Positions 18,948 through 27,717 of a stretch of 64,000 nucleotides of DNA are shown one piece after another. Source of the stretch: an uncultured Gammaproteobacteria bacterium (GTDB lineage Bacteria; Patescibacteriota; Microgenomatia; UBA8517). The stretch covers positions 24,521 through 88,520 of the forward strand of contig CAZTVZ010000001.1 in the NCBI GenBank assembly GCA_964617045.1. Reading direction: 5' to 3'. Made by a program: the position numbers and the translations under genes. Numbering within the stretch: position 1 is the first letter of the stretch; each line of letters starts with the position of its first letter. Below the pieces are notes generated by a model. It made no database searches, had not been told where the DNA came from, and saw only the letters and a list, made by a program, of their open reading frames with translations.

Positions 18948-19922
18948 TCAATTCTCTTTAATTTCCTTGGATTTTACAAGCCTGTTTTTGATTATTCTTA
19001 TATCAATTAATATTATCCCCACGGCAAATAACAATGACAAACTGGCAAGAATGAAATGTTTCCTGATAACATAATCTACATTAAAGAATAAGGGAGCAGG
19101 AACTTGCACTACGACATATTTGCCTATCCAATTACCATGAACGATTACTTTTTTGTATACATATATCGTTTTGTTGAGACTAGATCCTTTTTCAATATAA
19201 CCTTCGGGTTTATCCTCCGAAAGAACCTGTTCTTTAATGGAGTTGTCGAGCGTTTTTTCCTTTTCTTGTTCAGGAGAATGAAGTGTGACAACATCTTTAT
19301 CCTTTGCTATTAAATAAAACGATGACTGAGGCAAGAAGGAAGCCTTGTCAACCAGGTCGGTGAAATAATTAACATCCACAATAGCCCACATAACGGCACG
19401 TAATTTTCCTACTTCGTCATAATTTGGATATCCGAAATTAAAACCCGGTTTGTTGGTTATCTTCCCAATAAGAAAATCACTCATGGCCAGATGTTTTGTT
19501 TTGATTGCGTCTTGAAAATAATCTCTTTCGGAAGCGTTTACGGATTCTGTAAAAGGAATTGCACTGCATATGGCATTTCCGTCAGCATCAAGTAGTCCGA
19601 TATTTAACACTCCTTCGAGTTCAGGTAGAATAACGGCATATAAACGATTGCATTTGTTAGAATAAAATCCTTCGATAAATGGTGTTTTCGAAAGAAGCTC
19701 CATTGATAAATCAATATGTTCTACGTAGTGTTCAAAGTCTCTTGTTAAATTATTACTGTATTTAACAATATGTTCTTTGGAGTATTCTTCCAAAAAGGCT
19801 TTATCCGTAAAATAGTTGTAAATGGACACTGCAAAGATAACAAGCATGCAGTGAACAAGAACAATAAGAAAAACATGGTTGTAGGATTTAATATGAATTA
19901 GATTGAAGAATATTTTTTTCAA
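18948..19922 (-). CDS. Cache-like extracytoplasmic sensor domain protein with two TM segments and no output domain
   Basis: N-terminal TM, roughly 250-aa extracellular region with Cache-like features, second TM, then a 9-aa tail. Confidence 0.45.
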   Translation of the reverse strand: MKKIFFNLIHIKSYNHVFLIVLVHCMLVIFAVSIYNYFTDKAFLEEYSKEHIVKYSNNLTRDFEHYVEHIDLSMELLSKTPFIEGFYSNKCNRLYAVILPELEGVLNIGLLDADGNAICSAIPFTESVNASERDYFQDAIKTKHLAMSDFLIGKITNKPGFNFGYPNYDEVGKLRAVMWAIVDVNYFTDLVDKASFLPQSSFYLIAKDKDVVTLHSPEQEKEKTLDNSIKEQVLSEDKPEGYIEKGSSLNKTIYVYKKVIVHGNWIGKYVVVQVPAPLFFNVDYVIRKHFILASLSLLFAVGIILIDIRIIKNRLVKSKEIKEN

Positions 19923-19986
19923 GATAACCCATGTTAGTAAATATTCGTTTGAAAAGCAAAATCCGGAGAAATATGCTTGATTTATG

Positions 19987-20060
19987 GGTGGCTGAGCGGG
20001 ATCGAACCGCCAACCTCCTGCTCCACAGGCAGGCGCTCTAACCGTTGAGCTACAGCCACC
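19987..20060 (-). tRNA. tRNA-His (GTG)
   Basis: Cloverleaf with anticodon loop CTGTGGA. Encoded G-1 pairing with C73, diagnostic for bacterial tRNA-His. Confidence 0.85.
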
Positions 20061-20161
20061 ATTTAGGGGTACGCTCGTATTATATTATTTTCAGGATTTT
20101 TAGTCCATTATTGGCCCCTTGCAATTAAATTTTAATAAGTTAATAATGAATGTAGACGTTC

Positions 20162-21355
20162 ATGAAAAACAAATTATTTTCTTCATTAATAGCTTCAATT
20201 TTTACGTTTTTACTTTCTGGTTTGATTCAACCTCTTTATGCTGCCGGTCCTGCCGACCAGTTTTGCAGAACAGGTCTTACACCAGCATGGGTAACCATAA
20301 CAAACAGGTCAGATCACCTTTGGCAAAGCTTTACCCCTGTGCAGAATAGGTTAAGCAGGGTTGTTTTGGATGTTAATGGTGACGGAATTGGACAAATTAA
20401 ACTAAAAATTTCAACATTTTTGGTATCCGAGGAAAATTCTAATGGATGGGTGCAAGAACCTAATGGTAGAGGTTATGTTGAATTCTTATTTAACGACATT
20501 GCGCTTGTTCCAGGACTTAAATATGCACTTACTCCGATTGCATCAGATAATTCAGTGTTAACGTGGAATTACAAAACGGATTGTTACAGCGACGGCGAAG
20601 GTTTTATGGGTTCAACCGCTAAAACCTACGATTATGGTTTTGAGACGTATGGATTTACGGATGAGGCATTGATTGCAACCCCAACACAGCAACCCGAACA
20701 ATCTGTCACAAGTACTCCAACCTCCGTAATTACTACAGCCCAACAAAACGTTACTGCAACAACAAGTCCTACAAGCAATTTGCCAAAAGATAATAGTTTG
20801 GTGCCACCAAAGCTGTTGTATGCGATTAAAAACTTCGAAACAGTATCTGATGTCAATGAAAGTGTGAACGTAAAGTCCGGCGATGTTATTACACTTTACG
20901 GAGAAGGAACCACGGGATCCCAAATAATGATATCGATGGGAGATTTATCAACCGTTTCCGATGTTGACAAGCAAGGAAAATGGAGCTCTCAAATAGTGGT
21001 TAACGAAAACAGTTCTGGTGATTATACGATTTTTGGTAAAACCATTAGTTTGGGCAAATCAAGTGAAGAGATAGAGCTTCTTAAGTTAAACTACGGCAGT
21101 CCTTTAATAGAAATTGCAGATGACAATAGCTTTATCGAAAAGTACGCCTTTTATGTTATGGCAACCGCATTGATACTGATAGGCATCGCTTCTTATATGC
21201 TGTGGTACTTCATTAATAAATCAAAAAAAAGTAAAACCGTTGATGTAAAAACTGAAAATACGACTGAGTCTGATAAAAATGAGGGTAGCGGTGAAAATCC
21301 TAAAGATGAAGTCGGTAACGATAAAAAAGAAGAGCAAAATGTTGAAACAAAATAA
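20162..21355 (+). CDS. Type I membrane-anchored surface protein with Thr/Ser/Pro-rich linker
   Basis: Signal peptide, linker TPTQQPEQSVTSTPTSVITT..., C-terminal TM plus charged cytoplasmic tail. Confidence 0.5.
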   Translation: MKNKLFSSLIASIFTFLLSGLIQPLYAAGPADQFCRTGLTPAWVTITNRSDHLWQSFTPVQNRLSRVVLDVNGDGIGQIKLKISTFLVSEENSNGWVQEPNGRGYVEFLFNDIALVPGLKYALTPIASDNSVLTWNYKTDCYSDGEGFMGSTAKTYDYGFETYGFTDEALIATPTQQPEQSVTSTPTSVITTAQQNVTATTSPTSNLPKDNSLVPPKLLYAIKNFETVSDVNESVNVKSGDVITLYGEGTTGSQIMISMGDLSTVSDVDKQGKWSSQIVVNENSSGDYTIFGKTISLGKSSEEIELLKLNYGSPLIEIADDNSFIEKYAFYVMATALILIGIASYMLWYFINKSKKSKTVDVKTENTTESDKNEGSGENPKDEVGNDKKEEQNVETK

Positions 21356-22400
21356 TAAAGGATCATCTTCTTTGTTGGTAATTGCAATTATTGCAGCAGT
21401 TCTTCTTGTTGCCGGCTACTTTTTAGTTACATATTTTAAAATCCCCATTCCCTTTTTGGATAAAGCGATTGACGGTCTTTCTCAAAATTCAATGCTTTGG
21501 AAAAAATATACTGATGAGAAAGCCGGATTTAGTTTTAAATATCCAAGTAATGTGACCTTGGGTGAATTAAATAGAGAGGCCGAAGGTATGACCCTATCGG
21601 TTAGTGCTCAAAAAATTGCCGATATCCCGGAAAATCTTCCTTCGTTGATGGGGAGAAAGGACGTACTTCTTGAAAAGGCAATGCTCGAGAAAGGTGACGT
21701 TGACTCTTCTGTTAAGATCGGGTCTTTGAAAGGTATAGTTCGTGATAATCTCTCCCAATTCGAAGTATGTAGTGTAATTTTAACGAGGTCTTTCACTTTT
21801 TATCCTAGTGATTACAAGGTAGTAATTACCCTGCAAGGCCCTGTCGCATCTATTATGGAAAGTATGCCTGAGTTCTTCACTGTTGATCCAAAAAATTGTG
21901 GACAAAACAAAATGTGGAATCTCGATAACAAATTGAATTTTATTCCCACTCTTGAGGCAGGAAAAGGTAACGGAATAGCTCAGCAATGGTATGACACCTT
22001 TAATGAAATCGTTAAAACAATAGAAATAAATGAAATTTCACAAAAAGATACCAACAATTTGGTGACCAGTACCCCAACTGTATTCCCAAGTAACTTGGCA
22101 ACATATAAAAACGATACCTACGATTTCGAGATAAGTTATCCGAAGGAATATGATCTTTTAACATCCAAGGATGATCTTTATGGTTATCCCAATGGAATAC
22201 TGCTTCTCTATAACGGAGGTCAAGCTTATGACGTTGTTGTCGAAGTTTGGAATACCAAAGAAGAGATTGAGAATGCATACTCCTTTATGATGCAAAACGT
22301 TACTATCTACGAGGTCAACGGTAAATTTATTTCGTTACTAATAAATAGCGATAACGCTGAGACTCAAGCAATCAAAAATAGTTTCAAGATTAATAATTAA
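21339..22400 (+). CDS. N-terminally anchored extracytoplasmic protein (hypothetical)
   Basis: MLKQNNKGSSSLLVIAIIAAVLLVAGYF signal anchor. Start overlaps the previous gene by 17 nt. Confidence 0.45.
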   Translation: MLKQNNKGSSSLLVIAIIAAVLLVAGYFLVTYFKIPIPFLDKAIDGLSQNSMLWKKYTDEKAGFSFKYPSNVTLGELNREAEGMTLSVSAQKIADIPENLPSLMGRKDVLLEKAMLEKGDVDSSVKIGSLKGIVRDNLSQFEVCSVILTRSFTFYPSDYKVVITLQGPVASIMESMPEFFTVDPKNCGQNKMWNLDNKLNFIPTLEAGKGNGIAQQWYDTFNEIVKTIEINEISQKDTNNLVTSTPTVFPSNLATYKNDTYDFEISYPKEYDLLTSKDDLYGYPNGILLLYNGGQAYDVVVEVWNTKEEIENAYSFMMQNVTIYEVNGKFISLLINSDNAETQAIKNSFKINN

Positions 22401-23038
22401 TCGACTATCTCGTCGTAGAAAGCGTAAAGTATTAGTGTTCCGAAAACGGTGAAACCTCCAACTAAGGCAAAAAGAAAATCAAATCCGTAGTGCTCTGCAA
22501 TAATTGCTCCCAAACCTGCCGAGACCGCAGCTCCGAGCTCTGTGGGGGTCGTATGTAAACTCCAGACAAAAGACTCTTTTCCTTTCTCCATATTTCGGGT
22601 AAAAAGACCCATCCAAGCGGGATACATCATAGCCGAACCGATGGCGAATATAAATGAAATTATATATATATGAACTGGAGTCGATGCAAATATGTATGCA
22701 AAAATACACGCAGCTTCAATCAATGAACCGCTAAAGACCAGCCAAAAATCAATTTTTTCTCCTTTTGTTCTGTCAATCAATATTCCAATTGGTATTTGTA
22801 AAATAGATTTAACTAAAAGATATATTGTTTCGGCTATTCCAACGACAATTAGCGACCCTCCGATGATATTGTCGGTCAAAAATACGGCAAAAATAGGGGA
22901 CATTAGACCGTAAGCCGATAAAATAATTACGTCAGATATGACAAGGGTCCTCAGGATCTTGTTGATCTTGAAGTATCGTTTTAAGCCTCTCGACAGTCGT
23001 CTGGCCTCAGAATGTAGAAATGCAAACTTTTCCGACAT
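22397..23038 (-). CDS. Half-size (6-TM) MFS-like transporter
   Basis: Six TM segments and an MFS motif-A-like loop GILIDRTKGEK between TM2 and TM3. No second half adjacent. Confidence 0.45.
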   Translation of the reverse strand: MSEKFAFLHSEARRLSRGLKRYFKINKILRTLVISDVIILSAYGLMSPIFAVFLTDNIIGGSLIVVGIAETIYLLVKSILQIPIGILIDRTKGEKIDFWLVFSGSLIEAACIFAYIFASTPVHIYIISFIFAIGSAMMYPAWMGLFTRNMEKGKESFVWSLHTTPTELGAAVSAGLGAIIAEHYGFDFLFALVGGFTVFGTLILYAFYDEIVD

Positions 23039-23152
23039 CGTTTTCTCCCTGGGATAAACGGAAGTATAACACGGGCAGTAAGCTCAAAATAACCCCCATT
23101 TTCTTTATTCTGATTTTACCGGCTATTTGGTAACATTAAAGAAGCGTAAAAA

Positions 23153-24115
23153 ATGTTACAACACATCGTCATATACATACTTTCATTTGTAGGAATTTGG
23201 ATAGGATCTGGGCTCATTGTTAAAGCTGTAGAAAGAATTTCAAGCTCTCTAAAAACATCGTCTTTTATGGTTTCATTTTTACTTCTTGGTTTTTTTACTT
23301 CAATAAGCGAACTCTCGGTCGGAGTGAACTCAATAATTATTAACGATCCGGAAATATTTGTAGGCAACCTTATTGGAGCATCATTGGTTCTTTTTATGTT
23401 AATAATCCCTCTTTTGGCAATTCTCGGTAATTCAATACATATAACACCGGAATTAAGAGGGTTTAATCTTCCCGCATCGCTTATTGTAGTTGCTTTGCCA
23501 GTTATTCTTGCGATAGACGGTGAGATCACAAAACTTGATAGCTATATTTCACTTGCAGCCTTCGCTTTCCTGATGATTAGTATCCAATCGAGAAAGGGAA
23601 TTCTGGACAAAATAAAGGATATGAATTCCAAAGCTACATTCAAGTTTGGCAAAGAAGTGATCAAAATAATTATCGGAGTAGCTGTAATTTTTATTGCAAG
23701 TCGTTTTGTTGTTGAGCAAACGATATTTTTTTCCGAATATCTTGGCGTATCCCCCTTTTTGGTCAGTTTATTATTGGTTGCAATCGGAACAAACGTACCT
23801 GAGTTATCTATTGCCGTTCGATCATTGTTTATGAGAAACCATCAAGTGGCATTTGGGGACTATGTAGGGTCAGCAGTTTTTAATACCTTTCTTCTTGGTG
23901 TTCTTACTCTAATTTACGGTGGTACAGTATCTCTCACCAACAGCTACGTAGTTAGCTTGCTGTTTTTAATTGTCGGCTTGCTTGCCTTTTATTATTTTGC
24001 TAAAACTAAAAATACAATATCAAGATTGGAAGCTGTGGTTCTTTTTGTTATATATATAATGTTTATAGTCACAGAGATACTGCTTCATAAAAGCTTGTTA
24101 TTTTGGATACAGTAA
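23153..24115 (+). CDS. Na+/Ca2+ exchanger family (CaCA, YrbG-like) membrane protein
   Basis: Two alpha-repeat motifs (GNLIGASLVLF...; GTNVPELSIAV). About 10 TM. Confidence 0.75.
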   Translation: MLQHIVIYILSFVGIWIGSGLIVKAVERISSSLKTSSFMVSFLLLGFFTSISELSVGVNSIIINDPEIFVGNLIGASLVLFMLIIPLLAILGNSIHITPELRGFNLPASLIVVALPVILAIDGEITKLDSYISLAAFAFLMISIQSRKGILDKIKDMNSKATFKFGKEVIKIIIGVAVIFIASRFVVEQTIFFSEYLGVSPFLVSLLLVAIGTNVPELSIAVRSLFMRNHQVAFGDYVGSAVFNTFLLGVLTLIYGGTVSLTNSYVVSLLFLIVGLLAFYYFAKTKNTISRLEAVVLFVIYIMFIVTEILLHKSLLFWIQ

Positions 24116-25774
24116 ATGGACAACATAATTACACAACTGGCAATTATTTTAACTACATCTTCGCTTTTGGGATTAATTGCGTTTAAGTTAAAGCTTCCTC
24201 TTATTGTTTCCTACATGCTTACTGGAATTGTAATTTCTATCGTTAGCGTATTTGATGTATCAAATTCATTAGTTCTTCACAATCTTCCGGAATTGGGAAT
24301 TGCCTTTGTCCTATTCCTTATTGGAATGGAGCTGGATCTGAGGGAGATTAAAGTGTTGGGGCTACCGATTATTGTTTCTGCGTTAGGTCAAATTCTTATA
24401 ACAACCGGTGTCGGGTTTTATATTTCAACACTGCTTGGATTTAATACTGTCGAAAGCTTGTTCCTGGGATTAGGCTTAGGATTTTCGTCAACCGTTGTCG
24501 TTGTCAAAATGCTCATCGAAAAGCAGGATCTTACTTCTTTATATGGGAAATTGTCTATCGGCATACTTCTTGTTGAGGATTTGATTGCGGTTATTGCCTT
24601 AATGGTTATTTCTATTAGCAGTTCTGCTTTAAATGTAGGGCTTCAAAATAGTTTCCCAGTTATCGCTCTGGTTTTAAAAGCAATTGGTCTTTTTGTTCTT
24701 ACATTTATCTTATCGAAATATGTTCTACAAAAATTATTTTCGTTTGCGGCCAAGTCAGTGGAACTTCTTTTCTTTACTGCTATTACTTGGTGTTTTGCAT
24801 TTACCGCTCTTGCCATGATGGTTGGTTTTTCGGTGGAGATAGGAGCATTTCTGGCAGGAGTTGCACTTGCCTCGTCACCGTATAGATTGCAAATTCAAAG
24901 CAAGATTAAACCTTTGAGGGATTTTTTCCTCACGTTGTTCTTTATCTATCTTGGTTCGCAAGTAAAAGTGAATTATTTGTTAAATGTACTTCCGATAATA
25001 ATAATCTTCACATTAGTTGCACTTATTTTAAAACCTATTGTGTATATGTTTATTTTACGTTTCTTCGGATTTAGGAAACATACAATCTTTCAGACCGCAC
25101 TAAATCTTTCTCAGATATCTGAATTCTCATTGATTGTTTTGATGTTGGGTGTCAGTGTGGGAATAGTTGGGCAAACATCATTGTCAATAATGGCAACGGT
25201 GACTGTGCTTTCAATCGTATTTTCTTCAATTTCAATACAACTATCAAAAAGAATGTACAGGTTATTTGTTCCTTTGATTAATATAATGAAGAGTAGGGGA
25301 AAGGTTCACTTTTTAGAATCCAACGCGGGAACGGATCTTAATGAACACATCATCATTGTTGGAGCCCATCGCGTAGGTGGACCGGTTGTTAAATATTTAA
25401 TGAAAGCAAAAATACCCTTTCTCGTTATGGACTTCGACCCGTATGTTGTGAGGGATTTGAGGGAAAAAGACATAAACGCATTTTATGGAGATATTGGAGA
25501 CCCTGATGTTTTGGAAAGTCTGCATATCGAAAAAGCCAAATTGATTATTTCGACAGCTGCTTCGATGGACGACAATGAACTCTTGCTTGAAGAATGCAAA
25601 AAAAGAAAGTCCCAAGCAGTAACAATTATTAGAGCCGAAGATAAATCTCACGGTACTGCCCTAAAAGCATTGGGTGCAGATTACATATTGCTTCCCGAAA
25701 AAGTAACTGGACTTCATTTGGCAAACCAGATTAAACACCATTGGCCAAGAACTCAATTTGCGGGGTTAGATTAA
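24116..25774 (+). CDS. CPA2 monovalent cation:proton antiporter (KefB/KefC-like) with C-terminal RCK/TrkA-N domain
   Basis: Na+/H+-exchanger-fold TM domain plus Rossmann GxGxxG HIIIVGAHRVGGPVVKYL in a C-terminal TrkA-N domain. Confidence 0.8.
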   Translation: MDNIITQLAIILTTSSLLGLIAFKLKLPLIVSYMLTGIVISIVSVFDVSNSLVLHNLPELGIAFVLFLIGMELDLREIKVLGLPIIVSALGQILITTGVGFYISTLLGFNTVESLFLGLGLGFSSTVVVVKMLIEKQDLTSLYGKLSIGILLVEDLIAVIALMVISISSSALNVGLQNSFPVIALVLKAIGLFVLTFILSKYVLQKLFSFAAKSVELLFFTAITWCFAFTALAMMVGFSVEIGAFLAGVALASSPYRLQIQSKIKPLRDFFLTLFFIYLGSQVKVNYLLNVLPIIIIFTLVALILKPIVYMFILRFFGFRKHTIFQTALNLSQISEFSLIVLMLGVSVGIVGQTSLSIMATVTVLSIVFSSISIQLSKRMYRLFVPLINIMKSRGKVHFLESNAGTDLNEHIIIVGAHRVGGPVVKYLMKAKIPFLVMDFDPYVVRDLREKDINAFYGDIGDPDVLESLHIEKAKLIISTAASMDDNELLLEECKKRKSQAVTIIRAEDKSHGTALKALGADYILLPEKVTGLHLANQIKHHWPRTQFAGLD

Positions 25775-25802
25775 AACTTCAAACAATACGAAGAAAAAAA
25801 GG

Positions 25803-25873
25803 AGCGGGATACGGGAGTCGAACCCGTCTTCTCAGCTTGGAAAGCTGATGTTGAGCCGATCAACTAATCCCGC
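25803..25873 (-). tRNA. tRNA-Gly (TCC)
   Basis: Cloverleaf. Anticodon loop TTTCCAA. T-loop TTCGACT. Confidence 0.85.
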
Positions 25874-25916
25874 GGAACGTCTTTGATTATAGCAAACTGG
25901 GCCCACCAAGTGAAGT

Positions 25917-26981
25917 CTAAAGCCCGTATCTGGCCACAGCTGAGCAGATAATGGTTTGCAAAAGCTGATCGTATTCAATTCCGGCTGTTCTGGCTGCCAA
26001 GGGAAGATAGCTGGTCTTGGATATTTCCGGAGGAATGAGTCCGGGTGGAGTATTTACTTCCAATACATATAGATTGCCAACTTCGTCACATCTGGTGTCC
26101 ATTCTGCAAAGATCTTTAATTTCAAGTGCGTTCCATACATTAATTGCTGTATCTTCAATTGTTTTTTTGAGTTCCGGATCGACATTTGCCGGACACATCA
26201 AATGACCTTCAACTTCTTCTTCGTACAACCATTTAACCTCCAATGAATCGATGGGCGCATATCCTGATGGAAGTTTTTTTAGATTCGGTTCGATGATGGG
26301 AAGAATCGTGGGTGGGTTTCCTATCATTGCAACGGAAAACTCCCTGCCGGTCAATAATGGTTCGACAATTGCATGATCTTTAAAGTTTGTTATTACTTCG
26401 TTAAGTTGTACACGCAACTCTTTTTCGTTGTTAACAACACTTTTGTTGGTAATACCCGCAGATGAACCTTGTCCTATCGGTTTGACAATAAGAGGATAGT
26501 GCAGTTTGGGGTCTAGTGGTTCATTGGGATCAACAAATATTTGATCGGGTAGGACAGGAATACCATGTTTTCTCATCTCAATTTTTGCATTACCTTTATT
26601 TCTTACGAGTACTTGGGTTCTATCGGATGAACCTGTATGGGGAATGCCATGTTTTTCGCATATCGAGGTTATCTGAGTCTTTCTTCCGTTTTCCAAAACA
26701 ACTTCCGAATAGTTAAAAACAAGTGCAATCGAATCTTTGTTTTCCACAAGTGTTTTCTCAAAATTTTGATCAGCCTCTATAGGGAGAATGTCAAAACCGG
26801 CCGAAACAAGATGTTTTTTAAATGCCTCAATGGTTTCAGGATCGTCGTAATCAGTTTCCAAAAAAGTTCTTGGATCATTTGGGTCCGGATAGCTGTGTCT
26901 GACGTTGTAGGCAAAAGCAAGTTTTTTGTCTGCTTCTTTAAAGGAGAGAAGGCATTTAGAAAAATTATTTTCCATTAACAT
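25917..26981 (-). CDS. ddl: D-alanine--D-alanine ligase (ATP-grasp)
   Basis: HGIPHTGS motif, ATP-grasp segments LIVKPIGQGSSAGI and EFSVAMIG, C-terminal LYVLEVNTPPG. Confidence 0.8.
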   Translation of the reverse strand: MLMENNFSKCLLSFKEADKKLAFAYNVRHSYPDPNDPRTFLETDYDDPETIEAFKKHLVSAGFDILPIEADQNFEKTLVENKDSIALVFNYSEVVLENGRKTQITSICEKHGIPHTGSSDRTQVLVRNKGNAKIEMRKHGIPVLPDQIFVDPNEPLDPKLHYPLIVKPIGQGSSAGITNKSVVNNEKELRVQLNEVITNFKDHAIVEPLLTGREFSVAMIGNPPTILPIIEPNLKKLPSGYAPIDSLEVKWLYEEEVEGHLMCPANVDPELKKTIEDTAINVWNALEIKDLCRMDTRCDEVGNLYVLEVNTPPGLIPPEISKTSYLPLAARTAGIEYDQLLQTIICSAVARYGL

Positions 26982-27023
26982 CCATTTTTAAATATATGGA
27001 AAATATGTCAAGTAGAAAATGAG

Positions 27024-27096
27024 TCGGAGTGCCCGGATTCGAACCGGGGACCTCCGCGTCCCAAACGCGGCGCTCTACCAACTGAGCCACACTCCG
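27024..27096 (-). tRNA. tRNA-Pro (TGG)
   Basis: Cloverleaf. Anticodon loop TTTGGGA. Confidence 0.85.
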
Positions 27097-27101
27097 TAAT
27101 G

Positions 27102-27186
27102 TGCCGAGGGTGGGACTCGAACCCACACGTCGCTAATGCAACACAGGATTTTAAGTCCTGAGCGTCTGCCATTCCGCCACCCCGGC
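27102..27186 (-). tRNA. tRNA-Leu (TAA)
   Basis: Long variable arm. Anticodon loop CTTAAAA. Confidence 0.85.
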
Positions 27187-27273
27187 AAATATTCAATCTC
27201 TAATTTTACATTTTTTGGCCTGATTTGACAAAGCGTGAAAATATCTCTAATTTCTAATTAATACAGTAGGGAG

Positions 27274-27648
27274 GTGATTAGATTGAAAAAACTAAAAAAT
27301 ATATTAATTTACACGATACATAATTCAATATTTTTGTATTTTTCTTACATTTTCTTTCCGTCAAAATTTGTTCTTGGTAATGCAAAATTGTCATTTTGGG
27401 CGGCCGTATTCGTATCGGGATTTGTCTGGACATTAATCTTAAAAAGACTTCTTCTTACCATTCAAACAAGAAGTCGTTTTGTCAGATTTGTCTTAAGCTG
27501 GATATTTAACTTTGTTGCCTTATGGATAGTTGCCAGAATAGCCCCTTATTCGGGATTTGGCGTTGTTAAATTTACCTGGTTAATTGGTCTTGCCTTTATA
27601 GCAAATATTGTTCAACAAAACTTTTACGAAGAAAACGTAGGAAAGTGA
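27274..27648 (+). CDS. Small multi-TM membrane protein (hypothetical)
   Basis: GTG start preceded by AGGGAGG Shine-Dalgarno. 124 aa, 3-4 TM. Confidence 0.4.
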   Translation: MIRLKKLKNILIYTIHNSIFLYFSYIFFPSKFVLGNAKLSFWAAVFVSGFVWTLILKRLLLTIQTRSRFVRFVLSWIFNFVALWIVARIAPYSGFGVVKFTWLIGLAFIANIVQQNFYEENVGK

Positions 27649-27717
27649 GCCTGGAAGGATTCGAACCTTCAACCTCTTCCTTAAGAGGGAATTGCTCTAC
27701 CGTTGAGCTACAGGCCC
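27646..27717 (-). tRNA. tRNA-Lys (CTT)
   Basis: Cloverleaf. Anticodon loop CTCTTAA with U33/A37. One A.G mismatch at pair 27:43. Confidence 0.7.
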
